Part shown: piece after piece, positions 1-11,090 of the stretch
Position numbering within the stretch: the first letter of the stretch is position 1
Layout of the letters: each line of letters opens with the position of its first letter
From: an uncultured Acidobacteriota bacterium
Lineage (GTDB): Bacteria > Acidobacteriota > Thermoanaerobaculia > Multivoradales > UBA5704
NCBI GenBank assembly: GCA_963700145.1
Contig: OY969474.1
Coordinates: 4,704,001-4,768,000, forward strand
DNA: 64,000 bases
Direction of reading: 5' to 3'
Program-made: the position numbers and the translations under genes
The notes under the pieces: generated by a model
Seen by the model: only the letters and a program-made list of their open reading frames with translations
What the model was told of the DNA's origin: nothing
Database searches by the model: none

Positions 1-1
1 C

Positions 2-589
2 GAGCCAGCGGCCGAGCGCGAGCTGCGGCGCCGGCGCGAGGTGCCGCCGCACCGCCCGCCGTGCGGCGGCGTCCCTGGCCGCCACGCCCGCGGCGAGGAG
101 CAGCCGCCCGGCGGCCGACTCGCCGAGCGTCCCCCCGACCCACAGCGCCTGCCCCGGGCGGGCGCCGCCGCGGCGCAGGAACCGCCGCCCTTTCGGCAGC
201 CGTCCGAGGAGCGTCAGCGTGGCGACCAGCCCGGCCGGCGACGCGGCGAGGTCGCCGCCCGCCAGGCGCACGCCGTGGCGGCGGCAGGCGGCGGCGAGCG
301 CCGCGAGGAAGCGGCGGTGCGGGAAGCCCGCCGGCGCGTTGAGCGCCAGCACCGCGTAGGCCGGATCGGCACCGCACGCGGCGAGGTCGGAGAGGTTGAC
401 GGCGAGGAGGCGGCGCGCCACCACCGCCGGCTCAGTCCCGGCAAGGAAGTGGACCCCTTCGATCTGGCTGTCGACGGTGGCGACGAAGCGGCCCGGCAGA
501 AGGGCGGCGTCGTCGCCGATCAGCGGCTCGTCACCGAGGCGGCCGCGGAGCCACCGGAGCAGGCGCTCCTCGCTGCGGTCTTCCCCCAC
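2..589 (-). CDS. thiL: Thiamine-monophosphate kinase (5' part; runs off the window's left edge)
   Basis: Manual minus-strand translation from GTG at 589 gives VGEDRSEERLLRWLRGRLGDEPLIGDDAALL...DSQIEGVHF...RLLAVNLSDLAACGADP. These are the ThiL GDDAA, EGVHF and NLSDLAA motifs. Confidence 0.88.
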   Translation of the reverse strand, partial: MGEDRSEERLLRWLRGRLGDEPLIGDDAALLPGRFVATVDSQIEGVHFLAGTEPAVVARRLLAVNLSDLAACGADPAYAVLALNAPAGFPHRRFLAALAAACRRHGVRLAGGDLAASPAGLVATLTLLGRLPKGRRFLRRGGARPGQALWVGGTLGESAAGRLLLAAGVAARDAAARRAVRRHLAPAPQLALGRWL

Positions 590-590
590 C

Positions 591-688
591 CAGATCCTTC
601 GCTGCGCTCAGGATGACGAGGAAGGGTTCATGCCGGGCACAACCCAACGACGTCATCCTGAGCGCAGCGTAGCGCAGCGAAGGATCTG
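591..688. repeat. REP-like palindromic repeat pair (core GTCATCCTGAGCGCAGCGAAGGATCTG), inverted copies 591-617 and 652-688
   Basis: 591-617 is the reverse complement of the core. 652-688 is the forward core with a 10-bp internal duplication. The same core recurs at 14057, 14120 and 43811. Confidence 0.85.
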
Positions 689-701
689 GGGGCGGGCAGG
701 C

Positions 702-3155
702 TCATGCAGGGACTTCCACCGGTTCCTTTTCCGGCGCCGGCGCCTCCGCGGACGGGCCCTCCGCCGCGGGCCTCGTCCCTGGCGCGTCGAGGGTCGGCCG
801 CGGCATCGGCAGCAGCGCCAGGTCCAGCACCTCGTCCATGTGCTCGACGAAGTGGAAGCTGAGCCCCTGCTTGACCTGCTGCGAGACCTCGTCGAGGTCG
901 CGCCGGTTGAGCTTGGGGAGGGCCACGCGGGCGACGCCGGCGAGCTTGGCGGCGAGGACCTTCTCCTTGAGCCCGCCGATCGGCAGCACGTCGCCGCGCA
1001 GGGTGAGCTCGCCGGTCATCGCCAGGCGGCGGTCGACCGGGCGCTGCGTCAGCACCGAGAGGATCGCGGCGCCGATGGTGATCCCCGCCGACGGCCCGTC
1101 CTTGGGGATCGAGCCGGCCGGCACGTGGACGTGGATGTCGTGGCGGGCGAAGTAGTCGTCGGCGATGCCGTTGGCGCCGCCCCAGGCGCGGGCGTAGGAG
1201 AGCGCCGCCTGCGCCGACTCCTTCATCACTTCGCCGAGCTGGCCGGTGAGGAGGAGCAGCCCCTTCCCCGGCACCGCCACCACCTCGATGAACAGCAGAT
1301 CGCCGCCGACGGCGGTCCAGGCGAGGCCGGTTGCCACGCCCACCCGGTCGCGGTCCAGGAGCTCCTCGGAGTAGTGCTTGCGGGCGCCGAGCAGCTCCTC
1401 GACCTTCGCCGCGTCCACGACGACCTGCTCGGTCTCGCCGCGCGCCACCCGGACCGCCACCTTGCGGCAGATCGCCGCCAGCTCGCGCTCCAGGTTCCGC
1501 AGCCCCGCCTCCTTGGTGTAGTCGGAGATGACCTTGCGGGTGCCCTCCTCGGTGAACAGCACCTGCTCCTCGCTGATGCCGTTCTCGCGCGTCTGCTTGG
1601 GGATCAGGTGGCGGCGGGCGATCTCGAGCTTCTCCTCCTCGGTGTAGCCGGAGAGGCGGAGCACCTCCATGCGGTCGAGGAAGGCGGGCTGGATCGGCTC
1701 GAGCAGGTTGGCGGTGGCGATGAAGAGCACCCGCGAGAGGTCGTAGGGGACGCCGAGGTAGTGGTCGACGAAGGTGTTGTTCTGCTCCGGGTCGAGCACC
1801 TCGAGCAGGGCCGACGAGGGGTCGCCGCGGAAGTCGGCGCCGATCTTGTCGATCTCGTCGAGGACGAAGACCGGGTTGCTGGTGCCGGCCTGGCGGATGC
1901 CCTGGAGGATGCGCCCGGGCAGGGCGCCGACGTAGGTGCGGCGGTGGCCGCGGACCTCGGCCTCGTCGCGCACCCCGCCCAACGAGATGCGCACGAACTG
2001 CCGGCCGAGCGAGCGGGCGATCGAGCGCCCGAGCGAGGTCTTGCCGACGCCCGGCGGCCCGACGAAGCAGAGGATCGGCCCCTTGGTGTCCTGCTTGAGC
2101 TTGCGCACCGCCAAGTACTCGAGGATGCGCTCCTTGATCTTCTCGAGGTCGTAGTGGTCCTCGTCGAGCACCTGCTGCGCGCGGTCGAGGTCGAGGTCGT
2201 CCTGCGAGACGGTGCCCCAGGGCATCGCGGTCAGCCAGTCGAGGTAGGTGCGGATGATCTGCGTCTCGGCGCTCTCCGGGTGGCTGCGCTCGAGGCGCTT
2301 GATCTGTCGCTCCAGCTCCTCGCGGGCCTCGTCGGTCAGCCCCTTCTCGTCGGCCAGCTTGCGGTAGTTGGCGATCTCTTCCGACAGCTCCTCGCCTTCG
2401 CCCAGCTCCTGCTGGATCGCCTTGAGCTGCTGGCGCAGGAAGTACTCGCGCTGCGAGCGGTCCATCTCGCCGCGCGCCTGCGAGGAGATCTCCTGCTGCA
2501 TGGTGAGCACCTGGATCTCGCGCACCAGGAGGTCGGACACCTTGCGCAGCCGCTCGACGGGGTCCATCGTCTCGAGGATCGCCTGCGCCTCGGGGAGCTT
2601 GAGGTCGAGGTTGCTGGCCGCGAGGTCGGCGAGGCGGCCGGGGTCCTCGAGGTTGGCGGCGATGACCATGACCTCGGCCGAGATCGCCTTGCCCAGCCCC
2701 ACCGCGCGCTCCAGGCTCTCCTTGACGCTGCGCACCAGCGCCTCGGCCTCGAGCCCGCTCTCGGACGGCGCCGGCTCCTCCAGCCGCTCGATCTTGGCCT
2801 GCAGGTACGGCTCGACCTGGCTGATGTGCTCGATGCGCGCCCGGGCGACCCCCTGGACCAGGATGCGGATGCGGCCGTCCGGGAGCTTCAACATGCGCAG
2901 GATGACCGCCGCGGTGCCGAACGGGTAGAGGTCGGCCTCGCCGGGGTTCTCGACCGCGGAGTCGCGCTGCGCCACCAGCATGATGACCCGGTTCTCGGCG
3001 AGCGCGCGGTCCACCGCCACGACGCTCTTGTCGCGCCCCACCGAGAGCGGCAGGATGATGTAGGGGAAGACGACCGTGTCTTTGAGCGGCAGGACCGGCA
3101 GGACGTCGGGGACCTTGACGCTCTCCTCCTGCGGCTCCCCCGGCGGCTTGCTCAT
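702..3155 (-). CDS. lon: ATP-dependent Lon protease
   Basis: Start MSKPP overlaps the hsp20 stop (ATGA). LON N-domain ([13 protein letters not shown]), Walker [15 protein letters not shown], and catalytic PKDGPSAG / GGLKEK. Confidence 0.97.
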   Translation of the reverse strand: MSKPPGEPQEESVKVPDVLPVLPLKDTVVFPYIILPLSVGRDKSVVAVDRALAENRVIMLVAQRDSAVENPGEADLYPFGTAAVILRMLKLPDGRIRILVQGVARARIEHISQVEPYLQAKIERLEEPAPSESGLEAEALVRSVKESLERAVGLGKAISAEVMVIAANLEDPGRLADLAASNLDLKLPEAQAILETMDPVERLRKVSDLLVREIQVLTMQQEISSQARGEMDRSQREYFLRQQLKAIQQELGEGEELSEEIANYRKLADEKGLTDEAREELERQIKRLERSHPESAETQIIRTYLDWLTAMPWGTVSQDDLDLDRAQQVLDEDHYDLEKIKERILEYLAVRKLKQDTKGPILCFVGPPGVGKTSLGRSIARSLGRQFVRISLGGVRDEAEVRGHRRTYVGALPGRILQGIRQAGTSNPVFVLDEIDKIGADFRGDPSSALLEVLDPEQNNTFVDHYLGVPYDLSRVLFIATANLLEPIQPAFLDRMEVLRLSGYTEEEKLEIARRHLIPKQTRENGISEEQVLFTEEGTRKVISDYTKEAGLRNLERELAAICRKVAVRVARGETEQVVVDAAKVEELLGARKHYSEELLDRDRVGVATGLAWTAVGGDLLFIEVVAVPGKGLLLLTGQLGEVMKESAQAALSYARAWGGANGIADDYFARHDIHVHVPAGSIPKDGPSAGITIGAAILSVLTQRPVDRRLAMTGELTLRGDVLPIGGLKEKVLAAKLAGVARVALPKLNRRDLDEVSQQVKQGLSFHFVEHMDEVLDLALLPMPRPTLDAPGTRPAAEGPSAEAPAPEKEPVEVPA

Positions 3156-3643
3156 CGTTCCTCGGTCTCCGGATTGTCGGGCGGATTGTCGGCGGGTACG
3201 GGCTCCTCGACATGCAAGAGGCGAGCCTCTTGGCGCTTCTCCTGCACCTTCGGAAACGTCACGATCAGAAGGCCCGCTTCCAGCCGCGCGCTGCCCTGGT
3301 GGCTGTTGACCGGCCAAAACAGCTGCACCTCGCGCCGAAAGCGACCGTGCCCGCGCTCCATGCACTGGAAGCGGACGCGCTGGCTGGTGGGGAGCGCCGT
3401 CGTCTTGGTGCCGGAGACGACGACGAGCGTGCCCCGCACCTCGACCTTGAGGTCGGCGGCGCCGAGCCCCGGCACGTCGAGGAGGAGCTGGATCTCGTCC
3501 GGCGTCTCGACGACGTCGAGGTCCGGCTGCCACTCGCCGGCGGCGAGCGTCCCGGCGCCTAGCTGGAGGGCCTCGTGGAAGAGGCGGTCGAGCTCGGACT
3601 GGAAGCGCGAGATCAGGTGGAGCGAGGGGTAACGGCCGGCCAC
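3152..3643 (-). CDS. Hsp20/alpha-crystallin family small heat-shock protein
   Basis: WQPDLDVVET...LDVPGL...MERGHGRFRREVQL...ARLEAGLLIVTFPK. Confidence 0.9.
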   Translation of the reverse strand: MAGRYPSLHLISRFQSELDRLFHEALQLGAGTLAAGEWQPDLDVVETPDEIQLLLDVPGLGAADLKVEVRGTLVVVSGTKTTALPTSQRVRFQCMERGHGRFRREVQLFWPVNSHQGSARLEAGLLIVTFPKVQEKRQEARLLHVEEPVPADNPPDNPETEER

Positions 3644-3644
3644 C

Positions 3645-4127
3645 CTAGCCCTCCTCGCGGGTGGGGACCTCTTCGCGCGGCTGCACCAGGCCGCGCAGCA
3701 CGTCCATGAAGGCGTCGATGTCCTCGAAGCGGCGGTAGACCGAGGCGAAGCGCACGTAGGCCACCTGGTCGAGCTCGCGCAGCCGCTCCATGACGAAGGA
3801 GCCGATGTCGCGGGTCGAGATCTCCCGGTCCTCGCGCTCGTGGAGCATGTTCTCGGCCTCTTCCACGATCTCCTCCAGCCGCCGCTGCGCCACCGGCCGC
3901 TTCTCGCAGGCCTTGAGCAGCCCCGACATCAGCTTCTTCCTGCTGAACTCCTCGCGGCTGCCGTCGTGCTTGACCACAAGATACGGGATGTCTTCGATCT
4001 GCTCGTACGAGGTGAAGCGGCGGCCGCAGGAGAGGCACTCGCGCCGCCGGCGGATGGTGACCCCGTCGCGGCTCTCCCGGGAGTCCACCACCCGGTCCCG
4101 GTTCTCGGAGCAGAAGGGGCACCGCAT
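3645..4127 (-). CDS. nrdR: Transcriptional repressor NrdR
   Basis: MRCPFC zinc ribbon, DSRE, IRRRREC..C..RFTSYE, ATP-cone, VAYVRFASVY. Confidence 0.97.
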   Translation of the reverse strand: MRCPFCSENRDRVVDSRESRDGVTIRRRRECLSCGRRFTSYEQIEDIPYLVVKHDGSREEFSRKKLMSGLLKACEKRPVAQRRLEEIVEEAENMLHEREDREISTRDIGSFVMERLRELDQVAYVRFASVYRRFEDIDAFMDVLRGLVQPREEVPTREEG

Positions 4128-4179
4128 GGGCGCCGGCCAGCATAGCAGCGTCCGCGGGGAAGCCGGCCCGGAGCGTTTT

Positions 4180-4546
4180 GGTGCATCCGCGCGGCCTCGG
4201 ATGCACGGGAAGACGGCTGGACCAAGCGCCCCGGAGACGTTTATGCACCATTTTTCGCCGCCGATGCACCACCGGGAGTGCTTGGACGGCCTCCCCCGCG
4301 CCTCGGGAGCCCGTCCAGGCCCCTCCAGCGCCCTCCCTCAAGGCAAAATGGTGCAAAGAAGGCGAAAAATGGTGCACCCCGGCCGCGGCGGCGACCGCCC
4401 CCGCGCCGGGGGTGCACCACCACGGCGTTTTCTGGTGCATTTCGGCCGCCCGGACGCTTGCTCACGGCGCCGTACCGCTTGATCCAGCACCGCGGGCGGT
4501 CGTTCCGGCCAGCCGATGGTGCATCCGACGCGTCGGATGGTGCATC
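4180..4546. repeat. Intergenic array of TGGTGCA/TGCACCA motifs on a 21-bp phase with nested inverted repeats
   Basis: TGCA at 4352, 4373, 4436, 4520 and 4541 (same phase mod 21). Inverted copies at 4202, 4244 and 4265 (same phase mod 21). 16-bp perfect IR 4244-4259/4361-4376. Confidence 0.75.
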
Positions 4547-4597
4547 GAAGTCCCCGGGGGCGCTTGAGGGCGGGTTCGGGGAGAACGACCGAAGCGA

Positions 4598-4861
4598 TCA
4601 GCGGAGAGGCTGGAGCGCGAGCAGATGCTCGACCTCGACTCCGTCGTCCAGTTCCTCCCAGTAGACGGCGAAGCCCCCCGGCTCGAGCGACCACCCTTCC
4701 CGCTGGTCGGGAGACGCCCGCAGCAGCCATGCGAGCCAGGAGACCCCGGCGAGCGGCACGCCGATGTCCCGGCCGTCCGTGAGCAGCACGTGGAGCACGT
4801 CGCCCTCGAAGCGCACGCCGGTCGCCCCAACGGTGATTTCCCTACCGGGTGAAGTGATCAT
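4598..4861 (-). CDS. DUF2442-family protein (probable antitoxin)
   Basis: ATGVRFEGDVLHVLLTDGRDIGVPL...W.L..A...QREGW.L...G.AVYWEELD pattern. Overlaps the upstream DUF4160 gene. Confidence 0.8.
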   Translation of the reverse strand: MITSPGREITVGATGVRFEGDVLHVLLTDGRDIGVPLAGVSWLAWLLRASPDQREGWSLEPGGFAVYWEELDDGVEVEHLLALQPLR

Positions 4862-5075
4862 TCCAAGCCTCCAACAACGCCGACTGATGCCACTGCGTCA
4901 ACTTCACGACCCGGTTCAGCTCGGCCGGGCCGTACCCACGATTCCAGGCAAGGGCGACCGGAAGAAGCCAGATCTTCGCCCGGGCCCCGCCGCGGAATAC
5001 GTGCACGTGCGGCGGCTCCGTCACGTCAGAAGAATAGAACCGGAACTTGTAGCCCGCAATGCGGATCGTCGGCAC
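4842..5075 (-). CDS. DUF4160-family protein (probable toxin)
   Basis: MPTIRIAGYKFRFYSSD..EPPHVHV...AKIWL...LLEAWNDHF signature. Confidence 0.85.
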   Translation of the reverse strand: MPTIRIAGYKFRFYSSDVTEPPHVHVFRGGARAKIWLLPVALAWNRGYGPAELNRVVKLTQWHQSALLEAWNDHFTR

Positions 5076-5159
5076 GGCTCTCCCGTGACGGGAGAAGGCG
5101 ACGCGTCGCTCCCGCCACGAGAGAAGACGGAAAACAGAGTTCGGTTTTTGGCTCGCCCG

Positions 5160-6308
5160 CTACTCGCTGGCGTTCAGGGCGATGTTTAGGCGGAGGAGGA
5201 GCTTTTTGAGGCTGGCGGCGTCTTGGATGTCGACTTGGAGGTCTTTGATCGACTCGACGACCTGGTGGGCCTCGTCTTCGACTTGCAGGGAGACGGTGAC
5301 GCGGCGGGCGCGGGCGAAGTCGGCGCGGGGGAGGTTGAGCTCGACGTTGCGGGAGAGCTCGCCGCGGCCGTTGCGGGCGGGCGGAGCCTGCATGGCCTGG
5401 CGGCGGAGGGTCTCGAGCTCGGAGAGGACGTCGCGGCCGGCAGGGCGTGGGGGCGTGGCGGGCGGGACCGGGAGCGGCGGGAGCTTGGCGGCGCCGGCGG
5501 CCTCGCGCTGCGGCGGCGCGGCGGCAACGGGCGGCGGCGCGGCCGGGGCGGCGGGCTGCGCGGCCGGCTCTCTGCCAGCCGGGGCCGCCGCGGGCGGTGC
5601 CGGCTCGGCGGGCGGCGTCGGCGGTCTCGCCGCTGGCGCGCGGGGGCTCGCCGGCGACGGCTGCGGGGACGCCAGGGTCGGCCGCGCCACCGGCGCGGGG
5701 CGCGCCGCGGTCTCCGGGCGCGCCAGGCGCTTCTTGAGCGAGATCAGGGTCACTTTCGAGATGCCCTTGAGGGTCTCGTAGACGCCCTGGCCGTTGATGG
5801 CGCAGGCCTCGAAGTGGGGCCAGTTGCCGCGGTTGACGGCCTGGTTGAGCTCTTCGACGCTGGCGATGTCGGCGAGGTCGCGCTTGTTGTACTGGAGGAC
5901 GAGGGGCAGGCTCTCGACGGAGAGGCCCATCTCGGCCAGGTTCTCTTCCAGGTTGCGGAAGGAGTCGACGTTGGCCTGGAGCATGGCGCGCTGGGAGTCG
6001 GCGACGAAGACGACGCCGTCCACGCCCTTGAGCACGAGCTTGCGGGTGGTGTTGTAGAAGACCTGGCCGGGGACGGTGTAGAGCTGGATGCGGGTGTTGA
6101 AGCCGGCGATGGAGCCGACGTCGATGGGGAGGAGGTCGAAGAAGAGGGTGCGGTCGGTTTCGGTCTCTAGGGAGACCATTTCGCCGCGGGAGTCGTTGGC
6201 GGTGTGGGCGTAGATGTAATGAAGGTTGGTGGTTTTGCCGCACAGACCGGGGCCGTAGTACACCACCTTCGCAGCCATCTGCATGGTGCTGTAGTTGAAG
6301 AAGACCAT
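5160..6308 (-). CDS. MglA/SofG-like small GTPase with Pro/Ala-rich linker and extra C-terminal domain
   Basis: KVVYYGPGLCGKTTNL, DRTLFFDLLP, LYTVPGQVFY, KGVDGVVFVADSQ and QYNKRDL are MglA motifs. About 185 aa of C-terminal extension. No mglB nearby. Confidence 0.88.
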   Translation of the reverse strand: MVFFNYSTMQMAAKVVYYGPGLCGKTTNLHYIYAHTANDSRGEMVSLETETDRTLFFDLLPIDVGSIAGFNTRIQLYTVPGQVFYNTTRKLVLKGVDGVVFVADSQRAMLQANVDSFRNLEENLAEMGLSVESLPLVLQYNKRDLADIASVEELNQAVNRGNWPHFEACAINGQGVYETLKGISKVTLISLKKRLARPETAARPAPVARPTLASPQPSPASPRAPAARPPTPPAEPAPPAAAPAGREPAAQPAAPAAPPPVAAAPPQREAAGAAKLPPLPVPPATPPRPAGRDVLSELETLRRQAMQAPPARNGRGELSRNVELNLPRADFARARRVTVSLQVEDEAHQVVESIKDLQVDIQDAASLKKLLLRLNIALNASE

Positions 6309-6411
6309 CTCTGCGCGGAGGGGCCCCTTGGAGGGGAGCGGAGCATAACACGGGGGGCTGGGCCGGAGGTTGGCGGCGAAAGCGAGCGGCTGGCGTGCGG
6401 GGGTTTGTGGA

Positions 6412-6588
6412 GAGGGGCCGCGCGAGGGGCGCCGCCGCCGGGCACCGGCGCGCGCTTTTTGTGGACTGCTCGATCTGAGGCGCGCGCCTGCGCTTCGCTT
6501 TGCGCCTGGATCGGTGGAGGACTGCGATTGGGGTTGCCAGGCGCTCGCTCAGAGCTGCCCGGCGGCGGCGCCCCTCGCGCGGCCCCTC
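6412..6588. repeat. Perfect 33-bp inverted repeat enclosing 111 bp (MITE/REP-like)
   Basis: 6412-6444 GAGGGGCCGCGCGAGGGGCGCCGCCGCCGGGCA is the exact reverse complement of 6556-6588. Confidence 0.8.
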
Positions 6589-6607
6589 CGGCAACGGCTC
6601 TGCCTGC

Positions 6608-7477
6608 CTAGAGCTCTTCTAGAAGACGACGCTGAGCGGGGGTCGGCTCGGTGATTCGTGAACCTTGGCGGAGGGTTTCGCGCGCCAGGAGGCGAATCAG
6701 GGGCTCGGCTTCTGGGATCGTGGCGGCTAGGGCTTCTAGTTGCTTGAGCAGGGTTTCGGCGTCGCCTCTGGCGGCGGGGCCGGTTAGGGCGCTGGCTGGG
6801 TCGGCGGCTGCGGTGGCGGCTTCCAGGGCGCTGCGGGTCAGGGATCGGTAGCCTTGGCTCACTTCGGGGGGGAGGTCTAGGCGCTGGGCCAGGTCGTGGG
6901 CCAGGGCCAGGAGGGTGACGACGCCGCCGGCGGCTAGGCTGGCGGCCAGGTGGTAGAGGGGGCGGGCGGTGGGGGGGACTTCTACGGGGACTCCTTGCCA
7001 GGCGATGGCCAGGCGGCGGGCTAAGGCGATTGCAGCGTCGTCGCCGTCGATCGCGAAGACGGCGCCGCTCGCTGCGATTGCCGGGAGCGGGCGGGGGAAG
7101 GCTAGGAGGGGGTGGAGGGAGCCGACGGCGGTGCCGGCGGTGCGGAGGGGGGCGAGGGCCTCGGCGTCGCGGCTGCCGGAGGTGTGGAGGGCGACGGCGG
7201 CCTGGGGGCGGCGGGCGAGGTCGGCGGCGGCTGTGGCGAGCGCGGGGTCGGGGACGGCGACGAGGAGGAGGACGTGGCCGGCGGAGGAGAGGTCGCCGGG
7301 GGGCACCGCCTCGGCGCCCATCTCGCGCGCCAGATCGGAACCGGTGCCCGAGGGCGAGATGGCGACCGTGACGAGCCGCGCGCCGGCGGCGACGGCCCAG
7401 CGGGCGAGGCTCTCGCCGACGCGGCCGGGGCCGAGGAGGGCGAGGGTCAGGCCCTGGAGCGGGGCGGATTCGTTCAC
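6608..7477 (-). CDS. Rossmann-like / DUF2520 oxidoreductase
   Basis: LLGPGRVG Rossmann motif, LVAVPD, LHTSGS, SLHPL, LYHLAA, LTGPAARGD. Confidence 0.88.
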   Translation of the reverse strand: MNESAPLQGLTLALLGPGRVGESLARWAVAAGARLVTVAISPSGTGSDLAREMGAEAVPPGDLSSAGHVLLLVAVPDPALATAAADLARRPQAAVALHTSGSRDAEALAPLRTAGTAVGSLHPLLAFPRPLPAIAASGAVFAIDGDDAAIALARRLAIAWQGVPVEVPPTARPLYHLAASLAAGGVVTLLALAHDLAQRLDLPPEVSQGYRSLTRSALEAATAAADPASALTGPAARGDAETLLKQLEALAATIPEAEPLIRLLARETLRQGSRITEPTPAQRRLLEEL

Positions 7478-7482
7478 TGGGT

Positions 7483-7523
7483 TACAATTATGACCCTTAG
7501 CACTCTCCCGTCGTGAGTGCTAA
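7483..7523 (+). promoter_or_regulatory. -10 box (TACAAT, 7483-7488) followed by CIRCE operator (7497-7523)
   Basis: Perfect TTAGCACTC-N9-GAGTGCTAA directly upstream of hrcA. Confidence 0.97.
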
Positions 7524-7549
7524 AGCCCGACGAGAAAAGCCGAGCGAGC

Positions 7550-8620
7550 ATGACCGCAACCCAGCCCCCGCGCCAGCTGAGCCCCCGCGACCGGGAGATT
7601 CTGCGCGACGTGATCGTCGCCTACATCCTCTCGGCCGAGCCGGTGTCTTCGCGCTCGGTGTCGAAGCAGGGGCGGCTGGGCCTCTCGGCGGCCACGATCC
7701 GCAACGTCATGGCCGACCTGGAGGAGTGGGGCTACCTGGCGCAGCCGCACACCTCAGCCGGGCGGGTGCCGACGCGCGCCGCCTACCACCTCTTCATCGA
7801 GTCGCTGATGCAGGCGCGGCGCCTGCCGGCGCGGGAGCGGCGCTACATCGACGAGTCGCTCCAGTCGTCGCCCGCCGACGCCGGTCAGATCATGGAGTCG
7901 GCCACCAAGCTCCTCTCCGAGCTGTCGCACCAGGTGGGGATCGTGGTCACCCCGGCGCTCGGCGAGACGGTGCTCAAGGCGATCAACTTCCTGCCGCTCT
8001 CCGGGCGGCGGGTGCTCTGCGTCGTGGTCTCGGGCGACGGCTTCGTGGACAACAAGGTGATCGAGAGCGAAGAGGAGCTGCCGCGCGAGGAGCTGGTGCG
8101 GATCGGCAATTACCTGACCGAGAACTTCGCCGGCGCCACGCTGCGCGAGATCCGCGCCCGGCTGCTGGCGCTGATGGCCGAGGAGCGGGCGCAGATGGAC
8201 CGGCTGCTCGCCCGCTCGATCGAGCTGGCGCGGGCCGGCCTGTCGCTGGAGCAGCGGCAGGGTGTGCTCCTCGACGGCACGCGCGAGGTGCTCAACCAGC
8301 CCGAGCTGGCCGACATCGGCCGGGTGCGGCGCCTCTTCGAGACCTTCGCCGACAAGGCGCGCCTGGTCGCGCTGCTGAGCCAGTGCCTGCGCGGCAACGG
8401 CGTGCGGGTGGTGATCGGCGACGACAGCGCGCTGACCTCGGAGCTCGACTTCAGCCTGGTGGCGACCGGCTACGGCGTCGGCGAGCGGCCGCTGGGGGCG
8501 CTGGCGATCTTCGGTCCGTCGCGGATGGAGTACGAGCGGGTGATCCCGCTCGTCGACTACTTGGGAGAGCGCCTGTCGCGGGCGCTGGCCGAGAGCTTCG
8601 CCGGCGACGCGCGGACCTAG
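7550..8620 (+). CDS. hrcA: Heat-inducible transcription repressor HrcA
   Basis: LSPRDREIL...EPVSSR...SAATIRNVMADLEEWGYLAQPHTSAGRVPT; GPSRMEY. Follows CIRCE. Confidence 0.97.
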   Translation: MTATQPPRQLSPRDREILRDVIVAYILSAEPVSSRSVSKQGRLGLSAATIRNVMADLEEWGYLAQPHTSAGRVPTRAAYHLFIESLMQARRLPARERRYIDESLQSSPADAGQIMESATKLLSELSHQVGIVVTPALGETVLKAINFLPLSGRRVLCVVVSGDGFVDNKVIESEEELPREELVRIGNYLTENFAGATLREIRARLLALMAEERAQMDRLLARSIELARAGLSLEQRQGVLLDGTREVLNQPELADIGRVRRLFETFADKARLVALLSQCLRGNGVRVVIGDDSALTSELDFSLVATGYGVGERPLGALAIFGPSRMEYERVIPLVDYLGERLSRALAESFAGDART

Positions 8621-9257
8621 CAGGGAGGCGGAATGGCGGACGAACGGGACCCGCGGCGGACGGATGCCCTCGAGGTGGGGGAGATCGACCTCGACCTCGA
8701 GGAGGCGATGGGCGACAGCGCGACCGCGGTGGACGTGATCGGCCCAGCGGTGGCCAGCGGGAGCGGAGAGCCGGCGGCCGCCGGCTCTCCGGGCGCCGAA
8801 GGCGCCCAAAGCTCCGATACTGACCTCCGGCGCGAGAACGCCGAGCTCCGCGAGCGCCTGCTGCGCGCCCTCGCCGACTTCGAGAACCAGCGCAAGCGGA
8901 CGGACCGGGAGCGACAGGACCTGCGCCGCTACGCCCTCTTCGACACCATGCGCGACCTCGTCGCCGTGACCGACAACCTGGAGCGGGCGGCGGCGGCCGG
9001 CGGCGCGGTCGAGGACCTGAAGGCCGGGGTCGACATGATCCTCCAGCAGATGCGCGAGACCCTGCGCCGCCACGGCGTCACCGCCGTCGAGGCGGTGGGG
9101 CGCCCCTTCGACCCGGCCGAGCACGAGGCGGTGACGCGCGAGGAGGACCCCGCGGTAAGCTCTCCCGTCGTCACCGCAGAGCTGCAGCGCGGCTACAAGA
9201 TGCACGACCGGCTGCTCCGCCCCGCCATGGTGAGGGTGTCGGTGCCGGCCGAACGCG

Positions 9258-11084
<1,827 letters not shown>

Positions 11085-11090
11085 TCGGCG

